Assembly (NCBI RefSeq): GCF_036321535.1
Contig: NC_087436.1
Location: forward strand, 109,990,001-110,054,000
Direction of reading: 5' to 3'
Length of the DNA: 64,000 nt
Source: Camelus dromedarius
Lineage: Eukaryota
Translations under genes and position numbers: made by a program
Notes under the pieces: generated by a model
What the model was told of the DNA's origin: nothing
What the model saw: the letters and a program-made list of their open reading frames with translations, nothing else
The model's database searches: none
Shown: positions 24,261 to 36,559 of the stretch, in pieces
Layout of the letters: each line of letters starts with the position of its first letter
Numbering within the stretch: the first letter of the stretch is position 1

Positions 24261-25769
24261 AATCTTAACGGATGATCTAACGACACAATTGCAGAGTGCA
24301 TCAAGATTTGCTGATTAAAGTAGGAATATTTTCATTTATTTGTATTTTTGGGCTTAACAGACAGTTTATCCATTTCTCATAACACCATCATAAACTAAGC
24401 AAAGGAACAGCACATGACTTGCCTGAGGTCAGAAAAAAATACACAGCTGAGCCTGGACTCCTGTCTGCTTGATTCTCAAGCCCAATTTTTGTGGTCTCTA
24501 CATTATATAATTTCTTAGGTCTGCAATTTTTAAAACACCTCCATTGATTTTACTTTTGCAAATTGTTTGCATCATAAAATAGACTTCAAGGCCACCAATT
24601 GAAATATAGAATGAGGAATGAAGGCAGAATCTTGGAACCAGAAAGTTCTGTCAAGGTCGTCTAGGTGAACTCCTTACCTTATGTAAAGCTCACCAAACCA
24701 TTCCAGACACGTTGTCAGGGATGGAATTAACTGCTCTGCTAACTCCTCCTCTGCTTAACCATGCATGCTACCCCCAGAGTTCCTCCTTACATCATTTGAA
24801 TTCCCTCCAGCTGCAATTTCTGCCCTTCTTCTCTTGTTCTTGCCTCATCAGACAGGGAGAACAGCTGGTCACCATCCTCCATCTAATCATACTTGGGATA
24901 ATGAAGGCGGTTATTGAGTCACTCTGCAACAATTCCAGTGCAGGTCTTGCTGCACAGACCTGTTTACTGGGGATACTGACAAAGATGGCAAGGAAAAGAA
25001 ATACGTTTAAAACATAGCCACACCTAGTAAAATGCTGAATCGGAAAATTGTTCTAGGGGTGAATATTTTTCCTCATTATTGTACCACAGCTCATGTTCTG
25101 CAATTGTTTTAAATCTGAAACTCATTCCATAATGGCTAATGATATGATTTTTCATACAATTTGGATCCTGGCTTTATCTGAGTTTGAGATAATTAACTCA
25201 GGAAATCGAAGGTGAAAAAAAAAAAAAAAAGTTTTGGGCAGCAGCCAGCAGGATATTTGATCCAAGGCACATGTGTCTGAAATTAAATTTGGGAGTTAGA
25301 CTCTGCTGTCTTTAAATCACAACAGCAAATGAAGGGGAACCTTCTGTGTGCTAAGAAAGAGGGAATGTGTAGGCTGCTGCCTTACAGGAACTGCAGGGAA
25401 CAGGGGTAATTCCTAGAAACTTCCCAGACTGACTGAACGGCCGTTTGGTACACCAGAGTGAGGGGGTGAGAATGGACGTCTCCCTATAATTACCTTGTCT
25501 GGAATCTGGAGAGATCACCTTGCCCAGTGGATCTGGGCAGATACAGCTGCTGGAATATGCAGGAAGTAAGGCGTTGCCTAAAAGGGGTGGTTTTTAAGGT
25601 GAGTAAGCCCTTCAGTTAGACATCAGTTATAAGTATATTATTTCATTCATTATAGCTTTATTTTTTGATACTTTAAAAACTTTTCTACATCTCCAGCTCC
25701 CTTATCTGAGAAGTAATATTTTCCATTAGCAAGTCAGCTAATGGCATCCTGAAAGCATGATTTTCCAAG

Positions 25770-25995
25770 AATAGAAATGACACTCAGACTCCATTTGTGG
25801 CTCCAGATAAGGTGGGAGAATAATCAGAATTCTTTCACTCATTTATTCTTTTAGTCAATCATCCATCAGTAAAATGGGAATAAAGACAGCATCCACCTCA
25901 GAGGGGTGAGCATTAAATGACTTGGGAAATGAAGCATTTGCGATAGTACAAAATAACAAAATAACAGCTCAATAAATGTTGCCTATTATTACTAA
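25770..25995 (+). mobile_element. MIR remnant
   Basis: catcagtaaaatgggaataaagacagcatccacctcagagg ... gctcaataaatgttgcctattatt. Confidence 0.65.
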
Positions 25996-27129
25996 AGAGT
26001 GAGACTGCCACAGGCTACGAGGAGGGCTTCCATGAACACACAAAACTAGTGTTTAATATGAAAACTTCTTTAAGACAAAGTTCAGAAGCAGGAAACCTCT
26101 TAGTGATTAGGTTTTTAGAAAGAATAGGGGGTTTCAGAAAGAAGGTGATAATTATTTAGTGCTGGTTAGAGTGTCCATTAGAAATATTTTGTTTTCCTAG
26201 ACATAACACTTTAAAAAGAACATTGACTCATTTGATTGTATCTCTGGGAAGCAACCAAACAGAAAAAAACGGTTTTCAGACTAATTTGAGAGAATTTTAT
26301 GTGCTCAATTTAGAGAGGCATTAGACTGAGATATGATTGCATTCTTGCATGACTGTCTATGGAATATGAAATCCTTCCAGAAAATAAAATCAAGACCACA
26401 CGGAGTAGGAAGTCTCAAGAAAAAATTCATTCATTAAATAAAATGTTTTTCTAACAATGGAATATGATCAAAATGTAATACTACTGTCTCAAGTAGTATA
26501 CAGGTTACTAAAAGTATGGGGGACAGATATAAGTTGAGGGGTATATTTGGAGATTGGTGTATAAACCTCCTCAGGTCCACTTTGCATTCAAAATTTTATA
26601 AGTTGATTAAGAACTTTCCTAACCTTGACATTACTAATTAACAATGTCTCGAAGACCAAATGGACATTCACCAAAACAGTTTTTATGCAAGTGTATCTAT
26701 CTGAGGGGAAGTAAAACATTTTACTCATACCACATTTTAAAAATACAAAAAAAAATGATCTTCTGTGAATATTTGTCTTTAGGAAAACAATTTTTCTTTA
26801 ATTTAGCAATGGAGCTTCCAGACATTACAATAGCATTCCTAGCATTATAACCAGATATTAAAAGTCAGCTGTGAGGCCAAGGAAGATCCACTTCCTGTAG
26901 AGGCATGTTGTTGACTGAGGTGGATGCCATAATCAAGGCTTGCATCTAAGGTTTCTGACTCAAGTCAGGAGCAACTAGGACAACCTTGTGTAAAACAGCT
27001 ATTTGCAAAGATACTAGATGCGCTGCTCAGGCTGCTCGTCTGTACCCAACATCCTTATGAAGAATTTAACTTATGACTATACAGTGTGATTTGATAAAAT
27101 CTGAATTTATGATAATTATCTCTAAGACC

Positions 27130-27650
27130 TTGAGCTTAACTATTTACACAGTCTCATCTCCTACTGCTTTCTCTTCCATCATGTTCCAGACAGAATGACT
27201 TCCTGCTGTCTCTTGATCAAGCCAAGCTCATTACTTGCTATGTTTGGACTGTTTTCTCTGTCTCATTTTACCCCAGATCTTTGCATTGCTGTTGCCTCAT
27301 GATCATTCAAATCCCAACTTGATATTCTTCTCTGACCATGGATCTAAGTGTATTATGTTGATCCCTTCCATCCTTAATCAATACACTCAATCTTATTATT
27401 CCATTTTCTTTTTCACAGAATTTGAATTTGTTAGATATCTTTTTTTTTAACTTCTGCAATAGAAGTACTAGAAGAGTGTTTGGCACATATATATACTCAC
27501 TGCATATTGGTTTATCTCAAGTATATATTCATGTGTTTATTATCTTCCCTTTCCCCACCAAAATATTTATTTCATGGAGGCAGAGACCGCTTTTTTCATG
27601 TTCACTGAGGATTTCCCAATGCTAGAACAGTGCTTGGAAGAAAGTGACAC
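27130..27650 (+). mobile_element. L2 3' fragments
   Basis: tcttgatcaagccaagctc; tcatggaggcagagaccgc...gttcactgaggatttcccaatgctagaacagtgcttgg. Confidence 0.7.
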
Positions 27651-27680
27651 CTCTCTCTCTCTCTCGGAAGAAAGTGACAC

Positions 27681-27695
<15 letters not shown>
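27636..27695. repeat. 30-bp tandem duplication ending in (CT)n
   Basis: ggaagaaagtgacacctctctctctctctc at 27636-27665 and 27666-27695. Confidence 0.95.
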
Positions 27696-27717
<22 letters not shown>

Positions 27718-27718
<1 letters not shown>

Positions 27719-27982
27719 TCTGACACACAGATTCTATCATCTAATTAGTTGTGGTCATTTATTTTATAAAAGTTACTCTTCTGAGTATTAAATACATATA
27801 AAATCAGAGTCAAAATAGTTAAAGAAAATAAAAATTACATGTAGTATATGTATATTTAATTCTTTATCTTTCATATTCTTGTCATAGTTTGTTATTATTT
27901 GGAAAACATTTCTTTCATACCAGTCTCTTCTATTAGACTTTAATAAAGTTAGGGACATGTGCTAATCCCGAGTTATTCTTTG

Positions 27983-27984
<2 letters not shown>
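27718..27984 (+). repeat. 267-bp direct duplication, copy 1 (within a microsatellite)
   Basis: Identical by eye to 28609-28875 except G27970 versus C28861; offset 891 bp. Confidence 0.95.
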
Positions 27985-28013
<29 letters not shown>

Positions 28014-28608
28014 ATCTTGTTTGTGATGGGTGTTCACATGTGAAGAACTTAAAGTTATTTTAGGATGGTAGATGGTGTGATTTTCTTATGCTTAAGTGGT
28101 TTTGATTCTTATATATCCTAAGATGCAAAACCCTGAGCTTACAGAAACAGAAGTAGATGCATCATTGCTATGCTCATGTTGGGGAACCAACTATGCAAGT
28201 CAGCCTTAACTACTCTGGCCCAATTGCTGCCTTTCTTCCTTGAACTATTTCAGCACCACTACCGTGAACAAAGCTTGGTCCTCTGAAGGTAAAACTAGAA
28301 GCTATGTTTGAGGTCATTGCTAGCGGAGAAGTTAAAAATATCAAAAAGGTCCTGAAATACTAGGGGGGAGTCTCAAGAGGATGTGAGTAAGAAGAATAAT
28401 GTTAGAGGCAAGTAAATGCTACTAGCAATGACTTTGGTGAGATATAATAGAATCCTGCCAAGACCCGAAGTTACAGGAAGAACTCAGAGAAGTAAGAGGA
28501 GAGAACAAACTGATTTTGGCAGAAAAGGGCTTCTGGAACATAATCCCTCTTGAAGATCCAGAAGCTGTTCACCAGTCCCTCTTTGTCTATCTAAAAGGAG
28601 CCAGACAT

Positions 28609-28875
28609 TTCTGACACACAGATTCTATCATCTAATTAGTTGTGGTCATTTATTTTATAAAAGTTACTCTTCTGAGTATTAAATACATATAAAATCAGAG
28701 TCAAAATAGTTAAAGAAAATAAAAATTACATGTAGTATATGTATATTTAATTCTTTATCTTTCATATTCTTGTCATAGTTTGTTATTATTTGGAAAACAT
28801 TTCTTTCATACCAGTCTCTTCTATTAGACTTTAATAAAGTTAGGGACATGTGCTAATCCCCAGTTATTCTTTGAT
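28609..28875 (+). repeat. 267-bp direct duplication, copy 2 (probable donor)
   Basis: Same sequence as 27718-27984, with ordinary non-microsatellite flanks. Confidence 0.95.
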
Positions 28876-30180
28876 TCATTATTTAAAGTTAATGGAGCAA
28901 GTATTGATTGAGAATGTTCTGTGACAGAATCTTTGAGAGATCCTGGATAAGCATGGTCTCTGCCTCATGAAGTTTGTGTTATAGTAAAAGGAGGCAGACA
29001 TTATAATATGTAGGGTGATATTAGATTTTGGCAAGTGCCTCATAGAAAATAAAAAAAGCCCTGAAGTGGTAATGATTGGGGATAAGAGGATGATGTCATT
29101 CAAGAAAGGATTGAGGTTTGGCCTCAACAGAATTTAAGCTGAGATTTGAAGGCTGAAAAGAAACCAGAAAGAATGTTCAAATCGCTGAAACAACAATACA
29201 AAGACTACAAGGCACAAATAAGCTTGGCCTGGTCAAGAAATTACAAGGAGAACAACTGGGCTACAGACCAGTGAGCAAAGGAGAGAGCAGCAGCAGATGG
29301 TGTTGGAGAGGTGGCCAGAGAAAAAGCATGCTAAATTTGTGGGCTACCATTAGGAAGTTCAGACTTTATTCTAAGTCCCTTGGAAGCTTTTGAGCAGGGG
29401 AGAAATTTGATCTGATTGACATTTTTCAAAAGATTACTCTATTTAAAATAGAATAGACTATAGGAAGGTAAGATGGAAAACCCAGTCTCAGAGACCATCT
29501 TTGGAGGTGACCAGGTGAGAGATGAGAGTAGTTTTAGCTATGGATATCCAGTGAAGATAGAGACAGTAATTGTAGAACATGCGGGGAGTTAAGATGTAGA
29601 GGATACGGAGAGAGTGTTACTACTACATTTTGGCTCAAACATCTTGTTTGATGGTGACATCATTTATATTATATGGAGCAGACTGGATTGAGTGAGAAAA
29701 ATGTTAGAATGATGAGACTAGTCATTAATACCACTCAATAAATTTCAGAGGTCACTCTAGATAGAAGATCTGCCATATGTGTATGAAACTTGGAGCAAGT
29801 TTGGGCCAAAAGTATATAATTAGGAGTCATAAACATATAGCTGATATTTAAAACCGCTGACATGGAGGTGATCACCCAGAAAAGGTGTAGCAAGAGAGAA
29901 GAGAGTAAAACCTGTCACCAATCTTGGGAATATCAAATATTTAGAGGTCAGATAGGACTAAGGAACGTACAAAAAAAATCCTACCTGGAATTATTATTTG
30001 GATAAAGGAAAGCTATGAGAATGTGGCATCACAGAAACTGAGTGTTTCAATAAATGGAAGTATTTATTTTTGTTGAATAATCACAAAATATGCTGAAAGA
30101 CTGAGGACAGATATCCATGTACTTTAGGAGTTAGTTTGGAGGTCATTGTTGGCTTGATAAGCACATTTCAGTAGATCAGT
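28876..30180 (-). mobile_element. L2 (L2a-like) long fragment
   Basis: atttaagctgagatttgaagg, gactttattctaag, gcttttgagcaggggagaaatttgatctgattgac and ggaggtcattgttggcttga. Confidence 0.85.
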
Positions 30181-30375
30181 GAACACCTAGACACGCCTGA
30201 ATCAAAGTACTGAACACTGAAGACAAACAGACAATCTTAAAAGTGATCACAAAGAAAGGATAGATTTACTTGTAAATGAAGGATGATTAATCATACACAC
30301 AGCTACATTTTCAAAAGCAGCATTAGAAGCCTGAATTTGAACAATAGTATCTACAAAGTTAGTAGAAAATGTAGA
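30181..30375 (+). mobile_element. Old L1M ORF1 fragment
   Basis: acacctagacac...actgaacactgaagacaaacagacaatcttaaaag resembles the ORF1 segment TPRHIIVKL..KDKEKILKA. Confidence 0.55.
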
Positions 30376-30414
30376 AAATCCCATTGTACTTATGCTATCA
30401 CTTCAGGATGAGGG

Positions 30415-30523
30415 CTAACCAGCTCACACCAATTAAGATGGCTACTACACAAAAAGGAAGGAAGAAAGAGAGAAAGAAAAAGAAAGAAAGATAGAGAGAG
30501 AGAAAGGGAGGGAGGAAAGAAAA

Positions 30524-30620
<97 letters not shown>

Positions 30621-30621
30621 G

Positions 30622-30660
<39 letters not shown>

Positions 30661-31080
30661 AAAAAAGAAAGAAAGAAAGAAAGAGAGAAAGAAAGGGAGG
30701 GAGGGAGGAGGAGACAAAGAGAGAAAGAGAAAGAGAAAGAAAGAAAGAGAGGGAGGGAGGAAGGAAGGAAGGAGAGAGATAAGTTTTGGTGAGGATGTGG
30801 ATAAATTGGAACATTTCTGAACTGTTGGTGGGAATATAAAATTGTGCGGCCACTCAGGAAAACATGGTGGTTTCTCAAAAAATTAAAATTAGAAGTAACA
30901 TAAGATCCATCAAGTTCACTTCTGAGTATATACTCAAAAAACTGAAAGCAGGAACTGGAATAGTATTTGTACATCCATGTTCATAACAGCATTACACTTA
31001 TGTGTAACAATCAAAATGTGTAAGCAATCCAAGTTTCCATCAATAGACGAGTGGATAAATAAAATGCTATATATACACAC
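30415..31080 (+). mobile_element. L1M ORF2 C-terminal fragment hosting a large microsatellite
   Basis: ctcacaccaattaagatggctact, then the repeat, then ggtgaggatgtggataaattggaac...gttggtgggaatataaaa...catgttcataacagcatta. Confidence 0.85.
30451..30779. repeat. Compound polypurine microsatellite (GAAA)n/(GGAA)/(GA), ~330 bp
   Basis: Almost pure purine strand, with more than 20 perfect GAAA units at ~30527-30618. Confidence 0.98.
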
Positions 31081-32884
31081 CACATTTGGTTTATCCATTC
31101 TGTTGTGGGTTTCTATTTTTTTTTAAACCACAATTAAATTTTTAAAAAATAGTTCTGACCTTTTAGAACTGATAAAATTTCTAAACTGATAAAAAGCAGG
31201 CCATACTTCGAGAACTTCCAGTATAAAGTAATCTTAATAAGACATATTGTGGACATAATGTTTACCCTAATAATTACATAACACAGTCATGTGCAAAAGA
31301 CTCTTCTATGTGTTTTCAACATACTATCTCCTTAAAACATCACAACAACCTGATAACGTACGTACCATTGTTCTTTCCACTCCCAATTTTACTGTCATAA
31401 ACTCCTCATCTTCAAGGAGTAGCATTCATCCTGTGTGATGTAAAGCAGCTTGACTGACCACTTCAAAGTGAAAATGCGAGAACCTCGCCTAAGCCTGTTG
31501 AGCTAACCAATCTCACAACCTTTCTTAATGGTTAACACATTATTTTTAGCAGTGCTTGAAATTTTAAGTTGCTTTCTTTCCCTTAGTTCTGCTGTAGTGC
31601 TGGTTCAGACTGATTTTGGCACACCAGAGCCTTGCTGGCAGTGCTCCTCTTATGGCTCTGGGAACTCATCGCTTTGCTGTAACAGCACTGAGTCTTCACT
31701 TTTTCCCTGCTCACGTGTATTACTGCTCCAACAGTCACACCGGGAGAGGCTGAAGCAAACACTCACACATCACCTTTCCATTAGGATGCCCGAAGAGTCA
31801 CTTACTGCCCTTTTCTTTTTTTTTTTTTTCTTAAACTGTAATGTTTACAATTTAGGGTAACATTAAATACCCTGCCCTCTGTTGTAAGATGAATGTGAAT
31901 GCTGCCATGTCTATTCTAGCTGGAAAACTAGCAAAATATATAAGCTAGGCATTTTATAAATACTTGAGGATGGAATCTTTGGGTAGTTTTAGTGCAATAC
32001 CCTAGAAATGTGAAGATTCGATAGCATTAAGGAAACGAGGCTAAATAGGTCAAAAAAGTCTTTAGTCTATTGTGCTTAAGGTATTGGCTTCAACCTACTA
32101 TATCAGAAACCCCTACATAAACTGCATCAATTTTTTTTCCCTTCAAATAGAAATTTTTAGGCTGTAATTTGCCAGAGATACAGATTAAATAGATTTGAGG
32201 TAGAGTTCATAAACTTGTATTTTTAAAAGTCTCTTCGTGTCATTCTTGGGTAAAAATTACTTTAAGTTCAACTGACCCAGAGGACAGCATCTTCTTTGTA
32301 GGTCATACTGATACATCATAATGATAAAGCGTGGCGTGCTATGCACCAGGCACTATTCTAAGAGTTTAAAAATGCCCTCTTGCCTGGTGGCAGAATCATG
32401 TGAATCCAAACAGGCTACCTCCAGAGTCTGCTTTTAACCACTGTACCGTATTTCCTCTAGCCTCATATGAAATGCCTAAATTATCAGATACTTGCAATAG
32501 AATAAGCCAGAGCATTGAAATTTGTCGTCCTGCATTATCTTTTAGTATTTTGAGTCAAACTGTCTGCAAGATTCTCTGAGTTGAATTTCAAGTGTTGAAA
32601 TATACATTAATTAACCAATCACCTAGAATTGTGCTGGATCTTTCTAAATGATACTAGTTTCAGGGAGGCTTGATAGCAGAGAAGGGAAATCCCAAGAGCC
32701 ATGCGGGAGAGTTAATCTCACAAATATCAGTAGGAAGTGTTGCAACCTATCTGGTGACTTTGGAACCCAGGGGTGGGTTATTAATATCGGCTATGGTGAG
32801 CCTTCCCAAATTTCCAGGGCTCCAATGGAGAGATGCATGAACCACTTCACTCCAGGGCTGAATTCAGGATAACAGAAACAGTGT

Positions 32885-32916
32885 TTTGTTTGTTTGTTTG
32901 TTTGTTTGTTTGTTTT
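32885..32916. repeat. (TTTG)n microsatellite
   Basis: Read directly from the sequence. Confidence 0.9.
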
Positions 32917-33439
32917 CCAGGAAAGAACACTTTTTGCTGAAGTGAAATCTTGCTGAAATGGTGAAATGCTCTTGGGACTGTCAACTAAAGGTAAAATAGT
33001 AAATTCAAACAAATTTGTCAAATAAAATAACAGCAACTGCTTCCCTTGAGGTGCTGACATGTAAAATATGGGATACCTATACATATGATCCGTCTCCACC
33101 CTTCTCCTTCCAGAGGCCTCCTGCCACTCTAACAGATTAATAGTAAAATTATAGTTGGCTGAAGAAACCTGATTATCTTAGGAGCCCTCACTCCCATTTT
33201 CTAACCTGTATCATATTCAAATATAGTAGCAAGTAATTGAGTTATGGGACGGAGGGCAGGCACAGATCACTGAAAAGCCTCTCCATGAGCATTCAGAGAT
33301 TGATAGTCTTCAAACAGAATTCCATGATTATTCTATTAAATAATCAAAAGCATCCTTGTAGCCACAATTAAACATACAGCATTGCAGCTATAACTGAAAA
33401 TAGTAAGGGCAATGCCATTTGTACCAAAACTGCAATCTA

Positions 33440-33705
33440 ATGCTAATGTATGCTGGAGCACAAATTCTGGAACCAGACCACCTTCATTTATATCTGGTCT
33501 CTACCACCTGTTAAACCTGTGGTCTTGAGGACATCACTTGACCTCCCTGTGTTTCAGTTTCCTCCTCGGCAGAATGGACCCGATATATTGCTTACCTCAT
33601 AGGGTTAAGGTGATGATTAAAGAATTGACTCGTATAAAACTCTTAAACAGTACTTGACATACAGCAGGAATTATACGTGCTAGTTACCGCTGTATTACTA
33701 CTCAT
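33440..33705 (+). mobile_element. MIR SINE, near full length
   Basis: tctggaaccagaccacc...gtggtcttgaggacatcacttgacctccctgtgtttcagtttcctc...cttacctcatagggtt. Confidence 0.85.
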
Positions 33706-33809
33706 CAGAAAGATCCCCATCTAAGACCTAGGTTAAAAAGTGGTACAGGCTGCACGTTCCCCAAGGCTTTAGAAGCAGGAGCAATCGCTGTGGGTCTCAG
33801 TAATAACGT

Positions 33810-33970
33810 TCTCCATGCTAAACTCTAGTATCTCCATCTTCAAAGTGGAAATAGAAGCATCTGCCCTTCCAGCATGTTAGAGTTGTTGTGATAATTAAAT
33901 AAAATAATATTTAGGAAGAGTTTCTGAAGAGCAATAGCGATGCAGTTTAGCAGTGTGTATTATTATTATT
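33810..33970 (+). mobile_element. MIR 3' remnant
   Basis: ccatcttcaaagtggaaatagaagcatctgccc...gttgttgtgataattaaataaaataat. Confidence 0.6.
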
Positions 33971-35025
33971 TTGCAGGAAGCCTAAAGGAGAGGGCAGATT
34001 TTGAATGAGGAGCCAGAGAAAGAATTTCCTACCGCATCTGGCAAAAAAGGGCCCAAATAAAACCGAGTCATCTTTGCACTGTGTCAGTGAACAAGCCAAA
34101 ATTCACCTTTTTTTTTTTTAGTAATTCACTCTTTTTCGTAAATGATAAAAATCAGAGTGAGAGAGAGAGAGAGAACTCACACACCCAAATATAAATTAAA
34201 AATTCTTTTCACTTACTCTACTCCCGCCATCCAGGATATGAAAGTGTCACCTTCTGGATTACTGAACTGCCCGTCAAACCCCTTAGGACTGTGGGAGCTA
34301 GTCCTCCATTTTATTAATAGCCTCTCAGTGTTACAGTGCAACAGGTTGTCCCTATAATAATGTAGTCCTAGTCCCTGTATTCTTCCTTTCCCCAGATGTC
34401 TCAAACGCCAAAGGAAAACAGCATTTTAAAATAATTACCTCTAATTATATAAAGGAGAGAGATTGTGTACGTGTATGTATCTCACATGATACACAGTTTT
34501 CATCAATATCATCATCACTATCATCATAAAATTTTTCCTTTTCAGGAAAACTTAACTCCCATTGTGTTTTTGGTATAAGATTTCATTTGCCATAAAATAT
34601 CTGCAGTTGGGTCTTGGGTTCCCTTATTTTCTGTTTTTTGCTATTTGGGTCTTTTTTTTTAATGTTATCAAGCTTATGGTTGAAGCATTAGATTGTTTTA
34701 TTAAATAAAAAATGTTACAGATTTTAGGTTATTTAATTGAAAGCCCTTTCTGGTTTCATAGATGACCCAATGAAACCGAGGAAGAGAAAGGAGTTGGTAT
34801 GAAACCTCAGATGCAGATGGTTTTGAATTCAAATTTTTTACCTCTCCTGGTCCTGACTGACTGAGCTATCCACATAGGTGTGACTGAATACATTGTGTTT
34901 AATAACTTCAATGGCTATTTTAAAGAATGTTACCTTACTATTTTGAGAAGAAGGTTCAGAATGACATGTAGGTATCATTGTTTTCTGCTACTCTGTTCTG
35001 TACTCAATTTCTAAGCTGATTCATT

Positions 35026-35050
35026 AGAAAAGAAAGAAAGAAAGAAAGAT

Positions 35051-35100
<50 letters not shown>

Positions 35101-35116
35101 CAAGCAAGCAAACAAG
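35026..35116. repeat. (GAAA)n(GCAA)n microsatellite
   Basis: Read directly from the sequence. Confidence 0.97.
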
Positions 35117-36559
35117 CTGTCACACATTTTTAAGGATTTAACAATCTATTAGACAGGGATTCAAAGTTTCCCGGAGCAGAAACTATTCCACAGGTGTAGG
35201 CTGGATGCTTTAGTAGATAAAATTCCCCACATTAACAGACTGTTTCAACAGTTTTGTATAGCAAACAGGCTTCCAAATCAGAAAAAAAACTAAGTTTAAT
35301 TCTGCATTAGTCTCTGTTCTCACTGACCATGGTTTTCCTAATCTCTTAATCAGGGTAATAAAAGATTCTAACATCATAGAGTCATTTAGAGGTTAAATAA
35401 GGAAATATATGTCTTCTAAAATCTAAAATTGTTTAAAAGCAAACTTTTTCTTCCTGGGTACAAAAGGAATCAGGAAAACTAACTACACCACTTCCAGAGG
35501 CTGTGAAATTGTGTGTGGCGTTTCTCACATGGTGTGGCACTGTGTGCCTACGCGTAATGGTGAAGAGCCTCATCTCTGGAGTTTTAGAAGACAGATACAG
35601 CACTTTGAGGGTTCCAGTTTTATGCCAGAATTTTAGAACCTCCAGCCAGTTCTGGAGCTCACTTACTCTCTAGGGTTTCTGCTTTTGCTTTACTTTTGTC
35701 TCTGATACTGGTTTTTCTAAAATGCCTGCTCAGTAATGCAGTAACTAAAATTTAAAATATATTTTATTTATAAACACTTCATTGGTTTCATTGGGATGGT
35801 CATTCGGGATGTATAGACTGTCACGCGACTAGAAATGAAAGTCTGCCATTTAAGTCAGAATTCAATAACAGAATACCTGCTTGTGTAGAGATCTATAAAA
35901 ATTGACATCTATATAATTTTAAAGAAGGTCACTATTCCACCATGCAGTGGCTGATAATTGGCTTTACTGAATGTCACACATGTTCAAGGAAATACACTTT
36001 CCCTTCCTGTGTTACTCTTGTGCTCTGAATCATGAGCTCTGCTCTTTCTGAGTTTCCTTTACTCCTTTCTTCCAAAATAACACCTTCAGGTCTTAAGCCT
36101 AAAATCTATTTATCTTGTAACTCTTCTCAAAAATCTGTTTACTTATTTTATCATAGACTATGCACAACTGGTTGAATAAAAACTGGGGCTGTGAAGAGGG
36201 GAGGGAGGGTTCAGTATGAGTTTGTTACATTTGGTTAAATCCTCATTATTGTTTTTCCTCTTTATATAGGCTACTTTGCTAAAAATAGGAATGACTATAA
36301 ATTTTATGTTTTTGAGCATCTTTATGCATATTTTATCAGAATTTCATTATCTTTGCTTTAAATAATGGTACATAAATGAATGCTATATTTTTTAAGTTTG
36401 TTTTATATTATAAGTTAGGGTCAAAGTAAAATCTCAGAAAATTATATTTCCAAATGTTTGTAACTGATACTCAAAATAACATTAAATATTCAATTTACAA
36501 CATCTTTTAATAAGCCCATCTCCTTTTAGCCAATAAAGTGAGGAATATCTTTATGGACT

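Noticed and set aside
27636..27700. Direct repeats resembling a CRISPR repeat-spacer unit
   Set aside because: Only two abutting copies with no unique spacers, in a mammalian context with no cas genes.
30390..30974. Longest ORFs (194, 151 and 90 aa; F/L/S-rich)
   Set aside because: They are translations of the (TTTC)n strand of a microsatellite plus antisense L1 sequence.
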